Shown here: piece after piece, positions 19,584 to 29,136 of the stretch | Layout: each line of letters opens with the position of its first letter | How positions within the stretch are numbered: the stretch's first letter is position 1 | Assembly (NCBI GenBank): GCA_050633305.1 | Contig: JBOEGF010000020.1 | Location: forward strand, 312 to 64,311 | Direction: 5' to 3' | Length of the DNA stretch: 64,000 nucleotides | DNA from: Nannocystales bacterium | Lineage (GTDB): Bacteria > Myxococcota_A > Polyangia > Nannocystales > Nannocystaceae | Made by a program: the position numbers and the translations under genes | The notes under the pieces: model-generated | Told to the model about the DNA's origin: nothing | Seen by the model: only the letters and a program-made list of their open reading frames with translations | The model's database searches: none

Positions 19584-20495
19584 GTGCACCATCGAGCGGC
19601 ATACACGCCAGCCTGGGATGACCTCAAGCTCCTGCTCACGGTCGGACGGCACGAGAGCCTTCGCGCCGCGGCGGCCGAGCTGGGGTGCAGCCACGCCACG
19701 GTGTCCAGGCGGCTCGCCGAGCTCAACGCGGCGTTGGGCGTCCGGCTTTTTCGTCGGGACGGACGTCGCTTCGAGCCGACCGAGGCCGGGATCGAGCTCA
19801 TCGAAACCGCAGCGAGGATCGAAGAGCAGGTCGACGCGGCAACCCGACGCGTTGCGGGCCGAGACCTGAAGCTTCGCGGGGTCGTCCGGGTCGCGATGCC
19901 GCTGTCTTTGCTACGCGCGATCGGCCACGAGTTGGCGACGTTCCGCGGGGCGTACCCGGACCTTCGCCTGGAGTTTGACACCCGGCTGTCGCTCTCCGAC
20001 CTGACGCGACGCGAAGCGGACCTCGTGGTGCGGATGATGGAAGAGCCGGCGCCCGACCTGCTCGGCCGCAAGGTAGGGCGCTTCGAGTCCGTCGCTCGCA
20101 TTCACAGGTCTCTGGCGCCCGATGGATCTGTCGACTGGAACACGGTCCCTTGGGTGGACTGGGACGCACAACATCAAAGCTTCGACCCCCCGCAGTGGCT
20201 TGCCTCTCACGTCCCCAATGCACGGGTGGTCGCCAATGCGGACACAGAGGTTTCCCTCTTCGACCTCGCGTGCGCTGCCGTTGGGGCCGCGTTCGTCCCC
20301 CACGTGCTCGCCGATCGCACGGACGAACTGGTTCCGCTCTCACCCGCGCCGCCTATCTTCTCGCACCCGGCGTGGGTGCTGACCCATGTCGATCTCGAGC
20401 ACAACACCAAGGTCCGAACGGTGATGACGATGCTGGCGGCCGCGCTGGGCAAGGTGTTGCGTCCCCTCAGGCCGCCGCGTTCGAGATCGAGCTGA
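19584..20495 (+). CDS. LysR-family transcriptional regulator
   Basis: WDDLKLLL...SLRAAAAELGCSHATVSRRL HTH; READLVVR; WVLTHVDL. Confidence 0.95.
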   Translation: MHHRAAYTPAWDDLKLLLTVGRHESLRAAAAELGCSHATVSRRLAELNAALGVRLFRRDGRRFEPTEAGIELIETAARIEEQVDAATRRVAGRDLKLRGVVRVAMPLSLLRAIGHELATFRGAYPDLRLEFDTRLSLSDLTRREADLVVRMMEEPAPDLLGRKVGRFESVARIHRSLAPDGSVDWNTVPWVDWDAQHQSFDPPQWLASHVPNARVVANADTEVSLFDLACAAVGAAFVPHVLADRTDELVPLSPAPPIFSHPAWVLTHVDLEHNTKVRTVMTMLAAALGKVLRPLRPPRSRSS

Positions 20496-20500
20496 CGCAT

Positions 20501-20514
20501 TTTAACTTGATAAA
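20501..20514. promoter_or_regulatory. AT-rich imperfect palindrome, candidate TetR operator
   Basis: TTTAAC-TT-GATAAA (one mismatch) in the AT-rich spacer before the oxygenase-tetR operon. Confidence 0.4.
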
Positions 20515-20541
20515 GACAATTAATCACGACAAGCTTGGAGC

Positions 20542-21642
20542 ATGGTGTTGTCCGACGCCCGGCTGCTCACGTTCGCCCACCGCACCGATCCGCTGGCCGA
20601 GGCGGCCGTCCAGGGGCTGCCGCGGCTGCGTCCGTACAAGCTCCTTGAAGCCGTGGAGGACAAAGCCCGGGACGGCGATGCGTCGGCGCAAGCCTTCATC
20701 GACGCCGTGTTCACCGTGCCCGACTGGGTCGACTTCGAGCGGGTCGAGCGAGGCGCGGCGCTCTCCCGCATCCACGGGTTTGCCCACCTGCTGGCGCTGA
20801 ACTTCGGGGCGCTGCTCGAAGGCTACGCCTCCCACAGTCTCGCCGCACCGCTCGTCGCCACAGGCCGCCTTCGCCAAGACACGAGAAAGCGGCTGTACGA
20901 GACAGGCCAGGTGTTTCACAACGGACGACAGCAGGGCGCGCTTCGACCCGGGGCCCCGGGGCATCGCTCGATTCTGGCGGTCCGCCTGCTGCACGCGATG
21001 GTTCGCGGTCACCTGGCGCGTGTGGGCTACGAGGCGACCGACGGCGGAGCGCAGATCCACCAGCTCGACCTGGCCCACACCGCGGTGCAGATCTGTCACG
21101 TGGGGAGGCGCGGGCTGACCCGGCTGGGTGTCGACCTGCCTCCCGAGGACACCGAGGCGCTGCATCATTTCGCGCGACTCGTCCATACGTGGCATGGCGT
21201 GGAGGCAGAACTGCTGCCCGAGACTGTGCACGAGAGCGCCGCACTGCATGCTCGACTCGCGGCACTTCGCTACGACGCATCCAATCCCGCTGCCCAGCCG
21301 CTGGTCCACGCCGCCCTGGATGCCATGGCCCACGCGCCACCGTTCTTCCTGCCCCGCCCTGCCCTGGCCGCTGTGACGCGGCTGCTCATCGGCGACGCCC
21401 TGGCCGACGCTTGGTCCCTGGGCGAGCCCGGCCGCTGGCGCCATGGCATCGCAGCCCTCACGATCACGAGTCGCTCCGCGAGCCGCCTCGCGCGCGCCGC
21501 CCCACGAACCCTCGCGCCGCCGCTTCAGTGGGCTCAGGAGTCGCTCTACATGCACACGCTCGCGCGTGGTCTGGGCGCCGCACCCAAGCGCGCGTTCGGA
21601 GCCCTCGCCGACCATCGCTGGGGCCGACGCGCAACGCTGTGA
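20542..21642 (+). CDS. MpaB/DUF2236 (ER-bound oxygenase / Lcp-like) family protein
   Basis: PDWVDFERVERG, KRLYETG, VRLLHAMVR, IHQLDLAHT motifs. Confidence 0.88.
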   Translation: MVLSDARLLTFAHRTDPLAEAAVQGLPRLRPYKLLEAVEDKARDGDASAQAFIDAVFTVPDWVDFERVERGAALSRIHGFAHLLALNFGALLEGYASHSLAAPLVATGRLRQDTRKRLYETGQVFHNGRQQGALRPGAPGHRSILAVRLLHAMVRGHLARVGYEATDGGAQIHQLDLAHTAVQICHVGRRGLTRLGVDLPPEDTEALHHFARLVHTWHGVEAELLPETVHESAALHARLAALRYDASNPAAQPLVHAALDAMAHAPPFFLPRPALAAVTRLLIGDALADAWSLGEPGRWRHGIAALTITSRSASRLARAAPRTLAPPLQWAQESLYMHTLARGLGAAPKRAFGALADHRWGRRATL

Positions 21643-22325
21643 TGACACTGTTACCCTCGCCGCGCATGGGCCTGATGGCGCAGCAGAAAGAGGAGCGGCG
21701 GCAGCGGATTCGCGAGGAATCACGGCGGCTGCTCATCGAGCAGGGCTACGAAGGGCTCACGGTGCGCAAGCTCGCCAGCGCATGCGGGCTGTCGGTGCCG
21801 ACGCTGTACAACCTGGTCGGGTCCAAGGCGACGATCATCGCAGAGGATGCGATCGAGACGTTTCGCAGGGTCAGCGAGCGCTTCGACGCTGCCGCTGAGG
21901 GCGACCCCATCGACCGAGCGTTCGCGCTGTATGAGGTGGTGCGGGTCGAGATCCTCAGCCGCGAGGCGTACTTCCGGGCGCTGCTTCCCCACCTGGACGC
22001 GGTACCCGAGCTCCGGCCGGTTCGCGACGCGGTCGGCCAGCTTCAGGTCGCCCAGCTTGTACAGGTCCTCAGCGCTGGGCCTCGCAAGAGCTTCCAAGCG
22101 GAGTTCGATGTTCGCCTCGCCGCATCCCAGCTCTACGACCTGGCGATCGCGGCGTTCACAGGCTGGGCTGTCGGGCGCGTGCCCGAGGAGCAGCTGGAGG
22201 CACGGTTGCGACACGGCGCCGCGCTGGTGCTCGCAAGCGGGGCCCGCGGCGCGAGCAAGCAGAAACTGCTGGAGATCGCCCGCGAATCGGCGGCCGCCCT
22301 CCAGCAGTCGGCAGTCGAGCGCTAG
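21642..22325 (+). CDS. TetR/AcrR-family transcriptional regulator
   Basis: GYEGLTVRKLASACGLSVPTLYNLVGSK HTH; TGATG overlap with the upstream gene. Confidence 0.92.
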   Translation: MTLLPSPRMGLMAQQKEERRQRIREESRRLLIEQGYEGLTVRKLASACGLSVPTLYNLVGSKATIIAEDAIETFRRVSERFDAAAEGDPIDRAFALYEVVRVEILSREAYFRALLPHLDAVPELRPVRDAVGQLQVAQLVQVLSAGPRKSFQAEFDVRLAASQLYDLAIAAFTGWAVGRVPEEQLEARLRHGAALVLASGARGASKQKLLEIARESAAALQQSAVER

Positions 22326-23341
22326 AGGTAGTTCCAGCCGCAGACGCCCTCGTTGCAGACGAATCCGTCGGCAGGAGGACAGTCGCAGGTGGAGATGCCG
22401 CCGATGTCGCAGCTGGCATCGAGCGCGTCGTCTCGCAGGCTGTCCCACAGGTCGATGTCGGCGTCGGTGCGAGCGACCCAGTTGCGGGTGCAGCCGCAGC
22501 TGGTCCCGGTGAGCACTTGGCCGCACTCGGCATCGTCCTCGCAGGAACGAATGGCGGCGGTCTCTTCCTGGTACGCGGTCACGAGCGCCTCGCAGTCGGC
22601 TGCGATGCAGGTCTCTTCGTAGTCGCCGCAGCAGTCGCCGAACTGCTCACACAAGTCGTCGCACCAGCAGCCGTTGCCTTGGCCGCCGCACGAGCCTTCG
22701 CAGGTGCCGGGCTCGACCGGACAAGCGCCCTGGGTCTGCACGCTGACACCAGCCGAGGCCGCCTCGCATGCGTTGCCGTAGGTCACCGCATCACAGCCGC
22801 AGACGGGAGCGTAGATCTCCGCGCAGACCTCGGGAGTGGCGACACAAGCCCCGACGGGTCCTTCGCCGCACTCGGATTCGAACTCGCAGAACTCGCCCTC
22901 GCCGCAGTCGGACGACGCGAGACAATCGGAAGGCTCGGGCTCGTCGCCACACTGGCCCCAGCACACGGCGGGGCAGATCATGCCGTCGGGGCAGTTGGAC
23001 AGGCACTCGGTGTGGTCGCAGAAGCCGGAGTCACACTGGTCGTCTTGCAGGCAGAGCTCGACCGGCGCGGGCTCGCCGTCGCAGACCGACGGCTTGTCGC
23101 TGCAGCAGTCGCCGAAGTCCTCGCAAAGGTCGTCACACCAGCAGTTGCCTTCACCCGACGGACCACCGCAGAAGTCGCCACCCTCGGAGTCCTCGCAGCT
23201 TCCGATCGCGTCGGCTTTTCCGAGGGGTCCTCGGTCGGCGTTGGGGTCGGGCTGGGCGCCCGAATCTTCTGTCGCGGGAGGGGCCGTATCGCAGGCTACG
23301 AGTGGAAGAAGCAGCGAAACGATGAGGCTCAACTTGCGCAT
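22322..23341 (-). CDS. Cys-rich lipoprotein with two somatomedin-B-like domains and a Kazal-type domain
   Basis: Lipobox LVAC, GKAD motif, CWCDDLCExFGDCC twice, CAEIYAPVCGCDAVTYGNAC (Kazal). Confidence 0.88.
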   Translation of the reverse strand: MRKLSLIVSLLLPLVACDTAPPATEDSGAQPDPNADRGPLGKADAIGSCEDSEGGDFCGGPSGEGNCWCDDLCEDFGDCCSDKPSVCDGEPAPVELCLQDDQCDSGFCDHTECLSNCPDGMICPAVCWGQCGDEPEPSDCLASSDCGEGEFCEFESECGEGPVGACVATPEVCAEIYAPVCGCDAVTYGNACEAASAGVSVQTQGACPVEPGTCEGSCGGQGNGCWCDDLCEQFGDCCGDYEETCIAADCEALVTAYQEETAAIRSCEDDAECGQVLTGTSCGCTRNWVARTDADIDLWDSLRDDALDASCDIGGISTCDCPPADGFVCNEGVCGWNYL

Positions 23342-23358
23342 GGGACAGCGCGAAGTCG

Positions 23359-23375
23359 AGCAATCCTCGGGCCAA
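23359..23375 (-). promoter_or_regulatory. sigma-54 (-24/-12) promoter
   Basis: Minus strand TTGGCCCGAGGATTGCT = GG-N10-GC with TGGC and TTGC flanks, just upstream of the ATG at 23341. Confidence 0.7.
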
Positions 23376-23468
23376 CTCCGAGGCACGGGAAGTCGCGGGA
23401 TTGGGTCGACTGGGCCGCATGGCCGGGTGGCAAGTGCTGGCAACTGTTGTCGCCAGCAAGGTCAGGTC

Positions 23469-23855
23469 TCGGCGCTGATAGGTGTTGGACAGCGAGTCCT
23501 GCACCACCGTGGCCTCCCCCCCGCTGGCGAGCGCGTCCGCTACGTCCAGAGTGCGCGCCGAGTACGTCCAACCCGCCGGGAGCTCCAACTGGTCGGCCAG
23601 GCCCGGGAGGTCATCGAGGCCCAACGTGCTGTCGACGATCATGGACAACGACTGCATGACGTACACGACGCCTCGGGGCGAGGTCAGCTCATCGACCTCT
23701 GCGCCGGCATCAAAGGTGAACGTTGTGTCGCGAACGACGGTGCGTTCCGTGTACGGCTGGCCGTTTTGCGGGTCGCCAGCATCGATGCTCAGGCTCGCAA
23801 GTTGACGCATCTCGATCATGCCGAAGCTCATCCGCTCTGTGCTGGGCAGCTCTCC
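23469..23855 (-). pseudogene. 5'-truncated remnant of a conserved hypothetical protein
   Basis: Natural-looking peptide SFGMIEMRQLA...YVMQSLSMIVD...LPAGWTYSAR...VVQDSLSNTYQR with no credible N-terminus and no stop where the domain appears to end. Confidence 0.6.
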
Positions 23856-23929
23856 TATACGTGCCGCTTTCGGTTCGGTAGGCCCCCTCGCTGAAGATCG
23901 GGGATGGGGTAGAACAGCGGCTGCTCGCC

Positions 23930-25426
23930 ATGTCGCTTTCCATCGCAAAACTCGTTGGCGTGGTGCTGTACCTGCTCGTGCTGCTGGGGATCGGTGTGGT
24001 CGCGTCCCGGCGGATGAAGGACATGCGCGACTACTTCGCAGGCGGCAAGAACATGGGGTTCTGGTCCGTGGCCTTCTCGGCACGAGCCACCGGGGAGTCG
24101 GCATGGCTGCTGCTCGGCCTCACGGGCATGGGCGCAGTCCATGGATTCCACGCACTGTGGGTGGTCGTTGGGGAGGTCGTCGGCGTGGGCGGAGCGTGGC
24201 TCCTGATGAGTCGCCGGTTCAAAGACCTCACCGACCAGTACGACTCCCTGACGATCCCTGATTATCTGGAGTCGCGGTTCGGCGACACCTCCCGAAGGCT
24301 TCGAGTGGTGGCCGCGGGCTCGCTGATGGTGTTCGTCACGATCTACGTGAGCGCGCAGATCGACGCCACGGGCACGGCGTTCGAGACCTTCCTCGGCTGG
24401 AACTACTACACCGGGATGATCGTGGGCTTCGTCGTCGTGCTCGTGTACATCATCAGCGGCGGCTTCGTGGCGGTGGTGTGGTCGGACGTCTTTCAAGGCG
24501 CACTGATGGGCCTGGGCTTGGTCGTGCTGCCGATCATGGGGTTGATCCATGCGGGCGGCTGGACCCCCGTGTCCGAAGGTCTCGCGGCCATCGACCCCAA
24601 GATGCTGGAGTTTGGCTTCGGTGATGGCTCCACGGCCGTGCTGTCGACCATCGCACTGGTCGCCATCGGGCTGGGCTTCCTGGGGTCGCCGCAGATCTTC
24701 GTGCGGTTCATCGCCCTTCGCTCCCGCGACGAGGTCAACAAGGGCGCGGCGGTTGCGATCGGCTGGACCCTGTTCGCCGACGTCGGCGCAGTGATGACCG
24801 GCATGATCGGGCGGCACCTGCTCACCTCGCCAGGCCAGGATCCCAGCGAGGTGCTCGGCAAAGGTGCGGAGTCTGTCCTGCCGATGCTCGTCGAGTCCGT
24901 CCTGCCCGCGTTTGCCGTGGGGCTGTTCATCGCCGTGGTGCTCTCGGCGATCATGTCGACCGTGGATTCGCTGCTCATCGTCGCGTCGTCGGCCGTGGTG
25001 CGCGACGGGTATCAGAAGATCCTGCACCCCGAGATGCCCGACGAGGCGCTCGTCGGTATGAGCCGCAAGGTCACCTTTGCGCTGGCCGCCGTGGCGCTTG
25101 CGATCGCCGCCACGGTCTCCGCGGTGATGCCAACCCGCACCGTGTTCTGGTTCGTGATCTTCGGCTGGTCGGGCATCGCCGCCACCTTCTGCCCCACGAT
25201 GATCCTCTCGTTATTCTGGCGGGGCATGACCGCCAACGGTGCCCTTGCAGCCATGATCTTCGGCTTCGCCTCGGTGCCGTTCTTCAAGTTCGTCGCTCCG
25301 CACCTGCCTGGCGTCGGCGCGGAGTTTGGGGCGCTCGAGGAGCTAGCCCCATCGTTTGCCGTATCTGCGGTGGCAGGCGTGCTTGTCAGCGTCCTGGGGG
25401 CCGGCGATCCCCCGTCGCCCGACTGA
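23930..25426 (+). CDS. putP: sodium/proline symporter (SSS family)
   Basis: DYFAGGK, SARATGESAWLLLGL, TIPDYLESRFGD, GGFVAVVWSDVFQG, LSAIMSTVDS; many TM helices. Confidence 0.92.
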   Translation: MSLSIAKLVGVVLYLLVLLGIGVVASRRMKDMRDYFAGGKNMGFWSVAFSARATGESAWLLLGLTGMGAVHGFHALWVVVGEVVGVGGAWLLMSRRFKDLTDQYDSLTIPDYLESRFGDTSRRLRVVAAGSLMVFVTIYVSAQIDATGTAFETFLGWNYYTGMIVGFVVVLVYIISGGFVAVVWSDVFQGALMGLGLVVLPIMGLIHAGGWTPVSEGLAAIDPKMLEFGFGDGSTAVLSTIALVAIGLGFLGSPQIFVRFIALRSRDEVNKGAAVAIGWTLFADVGAVMTGMIGRHLLTSPGQDPSEVLGKGAESVLPMLVESVLPAFAVGLFIAVVLSAIMSTVDSLLIVASSAVVRDGYQKILHPEMPDEALVGMSRKVTFALAAVALAIAATVSAVMPTRTVFWFVIFGWSGIAATFCPTMILSLFWRGMTANGALAAMIFGFASVPFFKFVAPHLPGVGAEFGALEELAPSFAVSAVAGVLVSVLGAGDPPSPD

Positions 25427-25519
25427 CCAGACCGGGTCAACGAGCCGGAAACCCGGGGGCGAATCGCGCCGGATAAAAGTGCACGGAGTGTCGTAGTTTC
25501 GTTGCGTCTTCGGGCGTGC

Positions 25520-25552
25520 TGAAATTGATTCGTCATTTCATACACATGAAAT
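25520..25552. promoter_or_regulatory. overlapping AT-rich inverted repeats, candidate transcription-factor operator
   Basis: ATTTCAT-acac-ATGAAAT (25535-25552, perfect) overlapping TGAAAT-N9-ATTTCA (25520-25540), upstream of the S41 peptidase. Confidence 0.55.
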
Positions 25553-25674
25553 TAAATGGCACTGAATGCCTTGCCGATGCGGACCGGTGGTGACAAAGCA
25601 TCCGACATCCGCCCACCCCGTTGCGTTTTCGCGCGGCCGGCTGGACGAGTTCCCTCGTGGACGACGAGAAAACC

Positions 25675-27411
25675 ATGCTTTCCCGACGACTGATCACCCT
25701 CCCCATTCTGGCCGCCACCCTGCTCGTGGGCTGCGACGACACCTCTGGTACAGGCGACGGCACGACCGGTGAAGCCACCACTGGCGGCGAAACCCTGACG
25801 ACAGGACCAACAACGGACCCGACGACAGACCCGACAACGGGACCGGGGTCCACGAGCGAAGCCTCCAGCACGACCGGTGCCGAGAGTTCCTCCACCGACG
25901 AAAGTGACAGCGACGCGGAGTCCAGCGGCGACACCACCGGACCCGCCCACGAGTGCGAGCTCGACGAACCCGGTACGTGCATCGATGAGATGACGGAGTC
26001 GGTCTGCGAGGAGGTCGACGGACTCCGTCAGTGGGTCGACGTGGCTTGTGGCGACGAAGCGACCTGCATTGCGGGTGGTTGTGCCTCGGCCATTCAGCAG
26101 GAGTTCATCACCCAGCTCACGACCTACCTCGACGGGGTGCAAGCCGGAACTGCGGCGGCGGCGGACATCGATTGGGCAGACCTGCACGAGCAGGCCGCAG
26201 CTCTGGTCGTCGCGGGAGACGACAGCGCGGACACCCTCTACCGCGCAGCTCGGGCCCTGCAACTTCAGATCCCCCAGGGGCACCAGTGGGTTCGCTTCGG
26301 TCCCAACCAATGCGGCGACCCCGAAGGCATGCCGTACACACAGCAGACGTTCTACGGAGCGTGCGGCCGCATCTCGGGCGACGGCGTCATCGTGACCGTG
26401 GCCGACGACGCCAACCCGCTGGGCCTCGTCGCCGGTGACCGCATCGTGGGCTCGAACCGTTGGGAGGAAGGCGAGAACTTCCTCAGCCAGGTCGCCCATG
26501 AGCCGATGTGCTCCTCGCTCACCCCCAGCAACCCCAACGCGCTTCGGCGCCAGGCGGCCGGCGACCTGCTGGGCCTGCTGGACGAAGGCGACACGATCAC
26601 GGTCATCGATCCGGACGGCGACAGCCGCGAGGTCGAAGTGCCCGCGCGCCTCGCCGACGACCCAATCGGCTGGTGCCTCAACCCCATCGAGGGCGGCTAC
26701 TCCAACTTCGAGGCACAGCTGACGATGCGCCCCGACGGCATCGCCGTGATTCGTGTGCCGCACTTCGGCCCCAGCGAGACGCCGTTCCCCAACCCGCTCA
26801 CCGCCGAGTCCTACTACCAGTGGGTCAGCGACTACGTCGATCGTCTCGCCGGTGTCATGAGCACGATCCCGGCCGACGCTCCCATCATCTGGGACGCGCG
26901 GAGCAACTCGGGAGGCGCGGCGGAAGTCCCGTTGGCCATCGTCGCGGGCATGCCCGGCGCAAACCGGACCCAGATCTCCGAGGGCTTCCAACGCATCCTC
27001 GACACCGATCCCTTCGAGTTCACCGAGGACCCGATCGCGACGTTCTCGTTCGAAGTCCCGGACGATGACCGGCTCAACCACAACGCCCCCACGGCGGTGC
27101 TCGTGGACTACAGCACCACCAGCGCAGCGGACTTCTTCGCCTGGGGCGCCAAGGAGTACTCCGACGCGATCGTGGTCGGAACGCCCGGCACTGCCAACTA
27201 CGGCTACGGAGGGCTTGGTGCCGTGGTGGTCGGGGGTTCGGTCGCCGAACTCGCCTATCGCAACGACCCGCTTCAGTCGCGCATGATGGACGGAACCCCG
27301 CTGGAAGGGGTCGAGGTCATCCCGGACGTGGTCGTCGAGTATGACCCCGCCGATCTCGCTGGAGGCGTCGACACGGTGCTCGAAGCTGCCGTAGACGCAC
27401 TGCTGGAGTAG
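25675..27411 (+). CDS. S41-family peptidase lipoprotein
   Basis: Lipobox LVGC, Thr/Ser linker, IIWDARSNSGG, TTSAADFF (catalytic Ser), LEGVEVIPDVVV. Confidence 0.88.
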   Translation: MLSRRLITLPILAATLLVGCDDTSGTGDGTTGEATTGGETLTTGPTTDPTTDPTTGPGSTSEASSTTGAESSSTDESDSDAESSGDTTGPAHECELDEPGTCIDEMTESVCEEVDGLRQWVDVACGDEATCIAGGCASAIQQEFITQLTTYLDGVQAGTAAAADIDWADLHEQAAALVVAGDDSADTLYRAARALQLQIPQGHQWVRFGPNQCGDPEGMPYTQQTFYGACGRISGDGVIVTVADDANPLGLVAGDRIVGSNRWEEGENFLSQVAHEPMCSSLTPSNPNALRRQAAGDLLGLLDEGDTITVIDPDGDSREVEVPARLADDPIGWCLNPIEGGYSNFEAQLTMRPDGIAVIRVPHFGPSETPFPNPLTAESYYQWVSDYVDRLAGVMSTIPADAPIIWDARSNSGGAAEVPLAIVAGMPGANRTQISEGFQRILDTDPFEFTEDPIATFSFEVPDDDRLNHNAPTAVLVDYSTTSAADFFAWGAKEYSDAIVVGTPGTANYGYGGLGAVVVGGSVAELAYRNDPLQSRMMDGTPLEGVEVIPDVVVEYDPADLAGGVDTVLEAAVDALLE

Positions 27412-27456
27412 CAGCTCTCCTCCGAAGCTCGCCGCGGTCGCCTCTCGCGGCGGCCG

Positions 27457-27846
27457 CTATTCGACGCCGAGCGTCTTCGCCACCGCGTGCACGAAGTCGA
27501 GCTCGGCCGAGGTGTTCTCACCGTCGGCCCGCGCGATGCTCCGAAGCTCGGCGACCAGGCTCTCCTTGGCGTCGTCGTCGAGGTTTCGCGCGGCCCGGGT
27601 GGCGGCATCCACGACCAGCTTCAGTTGGGCCTCGGGTCCGTCGGCCGTACCGAGCAACTTGGAGACATCCTCCACCGCCTGCTCGGCATAGCCGTGGGCC
27701 AGCCCTTGGGTATGCGCCCGAGCCAAGTGAAGAACTCGCGCCGCCTCGCGCTCGTCGAGTGCCCCATCGGGCAGCTTTGCGCACGCGATGTAGAGCATGA
27801 GCACCGCATCAAACGTCCCGGAGTCTGCGTCGTCGACCGTCGTCAC
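27457..27846 (-). CDS. TerB-like (tellurite resistance) family protein
   Basis: DGALDERE and IARADGENTSAELDFVHAVAKTLG motifs. Confidence 0.75.
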   Translation of the reverse strand: MTTVDDADSGTFDAVLMLYIACAKLPDGALDEREAARVLHLARAHTQGLAHGYAEQAVEDVSKLLGTADGPEAQLKLVVDAATRAARNLDDDAKESLVAELRSIARADGENTSAELDFVHAVAKTLGVE

Positions 27847-27873
27847 GTCGCGGACGATACTCGATCTCGGCGC

Positions 27874-29136
27874 TCAGGCGGAATCGGCCAACAGCACACA
27901 CACCGCGGACCCGTCGTGCACGCTCGCGACGATGTCCGGCTGACCATCGCCGTTGAGGTCTCCCACGGCCAGGCCATCTCCGTTGTCGGGTAGCTTGACC
28001 CGGATGGGCTCCCCGTACTGAAGGTCTGGCGTCCCCGGGAAGATCCGGACTTCGGCCGCGCTTTGCATCGCGACGATGATCTCGGGTTCTCCGTCGAGGT
28101 CGATGTCCGCGAGCTGAACCTGCCCCGGCGTCTCGTCGAGGGCGATCGTCTGGGCGCTGGACAAGACCATCGTACCGTTGCCCGTCATCACCTCGATCGT
28201 TTCCGGCGAAGAGTTGGTCACCACCACGTCCAGCCGAGCATCGTGGTCCAAGTGCGCCGTGTCGAGCGCGTACGGACGTGAAACCAGCCCTGAGACAACA
28301 CCGTCCTCGAACCCTGCGTCGGCCGTGCTGTGGAAGTACCCAAGCTGTCCAGCCGAGTTCAAGAGCACAAACGCGTCGGGAATGTCGTCCGCGTCGGCCA
28401 GTCCGAGCGCGAGGCCCCCCGGAGCAGCATCCATGGGCGCGACCGGACCAAGCTTGAACGTGCCGTCGCCTCCGCTGAGTGCCCATGTGATCTGGTGCGG
28501 CTCGCCAGTTGCGACCACCATGTCGGGCAGGCTGTCGAGGTTGCCATCGCCCCGCACCATTGCGACGGGTGTTCCGGCCAACGGAGAGCGCAGGCGGGTG
28601 TCCGCAAAAGCGTCGACCACCACGATGGCATCGGTGGCCGCAACACCGACCACGAGGTCGGCTCGCTCATCAGCGTTGGTGTCGAACACCGCGAGCGAAA
28701 GCGGTGGCGCCCCGACCTCGTGGTCACTCAGCGGCGTCAGTTCACCGTCGGGCCCCGTCGACCAGACCTGTAAGACCTCGGTCTCGAAACTCAACGACAC
28801 CACGTCTAGGCGACCGTCCCCATCGACATCACCGAGCGCGACCCGAGACGGAGCCTTGGCGTCGTAGCAGCGAGCATCTTGGACGCACCCGGCGTCCGAA
28901 CACGGGATCGCCCCCGTGTCGGGGCCGTCGGTCGTGGCCGTTCTCGCGCTTGTCCCGGAGTTCGCAGTCCCCGAACCCGAGACCAACGTCGTCGCGCCAT
29001 CGGTGCCCGCTGCGTTGCCCGTCGCGGTCCCACTTTGGCTGTCGGTGCCCGTGGCTCCGGATTGGCCGAGGTACTCCGGATTGGGCACCAGGCAGCCGCT
29101 CACCAGACAGATGCCGAGGAGTCCAGAGACACGCAT
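27874..29136 (-). CDS. FG-GAP/VCBS-repeat lipoprotein
   Basis: Lipobox VSGC; repeats GDVDGDGRLDVV, ADIDLDGEPEII, GDLNGDGQPDIV. Confidence 0.9.
   Translation of the reverse strand: MRVSGLLGICLVSGCLVPNPEYLGQSGATGTDSQSGTATGNAAGTDGATTLVSGSGTANSGTSARTATTDGPDTGAIPCSDAGCVQDARCYDAKAPSRVALGDVDGDGRLDVVSLSFETEVLQVWSTGPDGELTPLSDHEVGAPPLSLAVFDTNADERADLVVGVAATDAIVVVDAFADTRLRSPLAGTPVAMVRGDGNLDSLPDMVVATGEPHQITWALSGGDGTFKLGPVAPMDAAPGGLALGLADADDIPDAFVLLNSAGQLGYFHSTADAGFEDGVVSGLVSRPYALDTAHLDHDARLDVVVTNSSPETIEVMTGNGTMVLSSAQTIALDETPGQVQLADIDLDGEPEIIVAMQSAAEVRIFPGTPDLQYGEPIRVKLPDNGDGLAVGDLNGDGQPDIVASVHDGSAVCVLLADSA

Noticed and set aside
25557..25574. Sigma-54 promoter TGGCAC...TTGC upstream of the S41 peptidase
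   Set aside because: GG-to-GC spacing is not 10 nt
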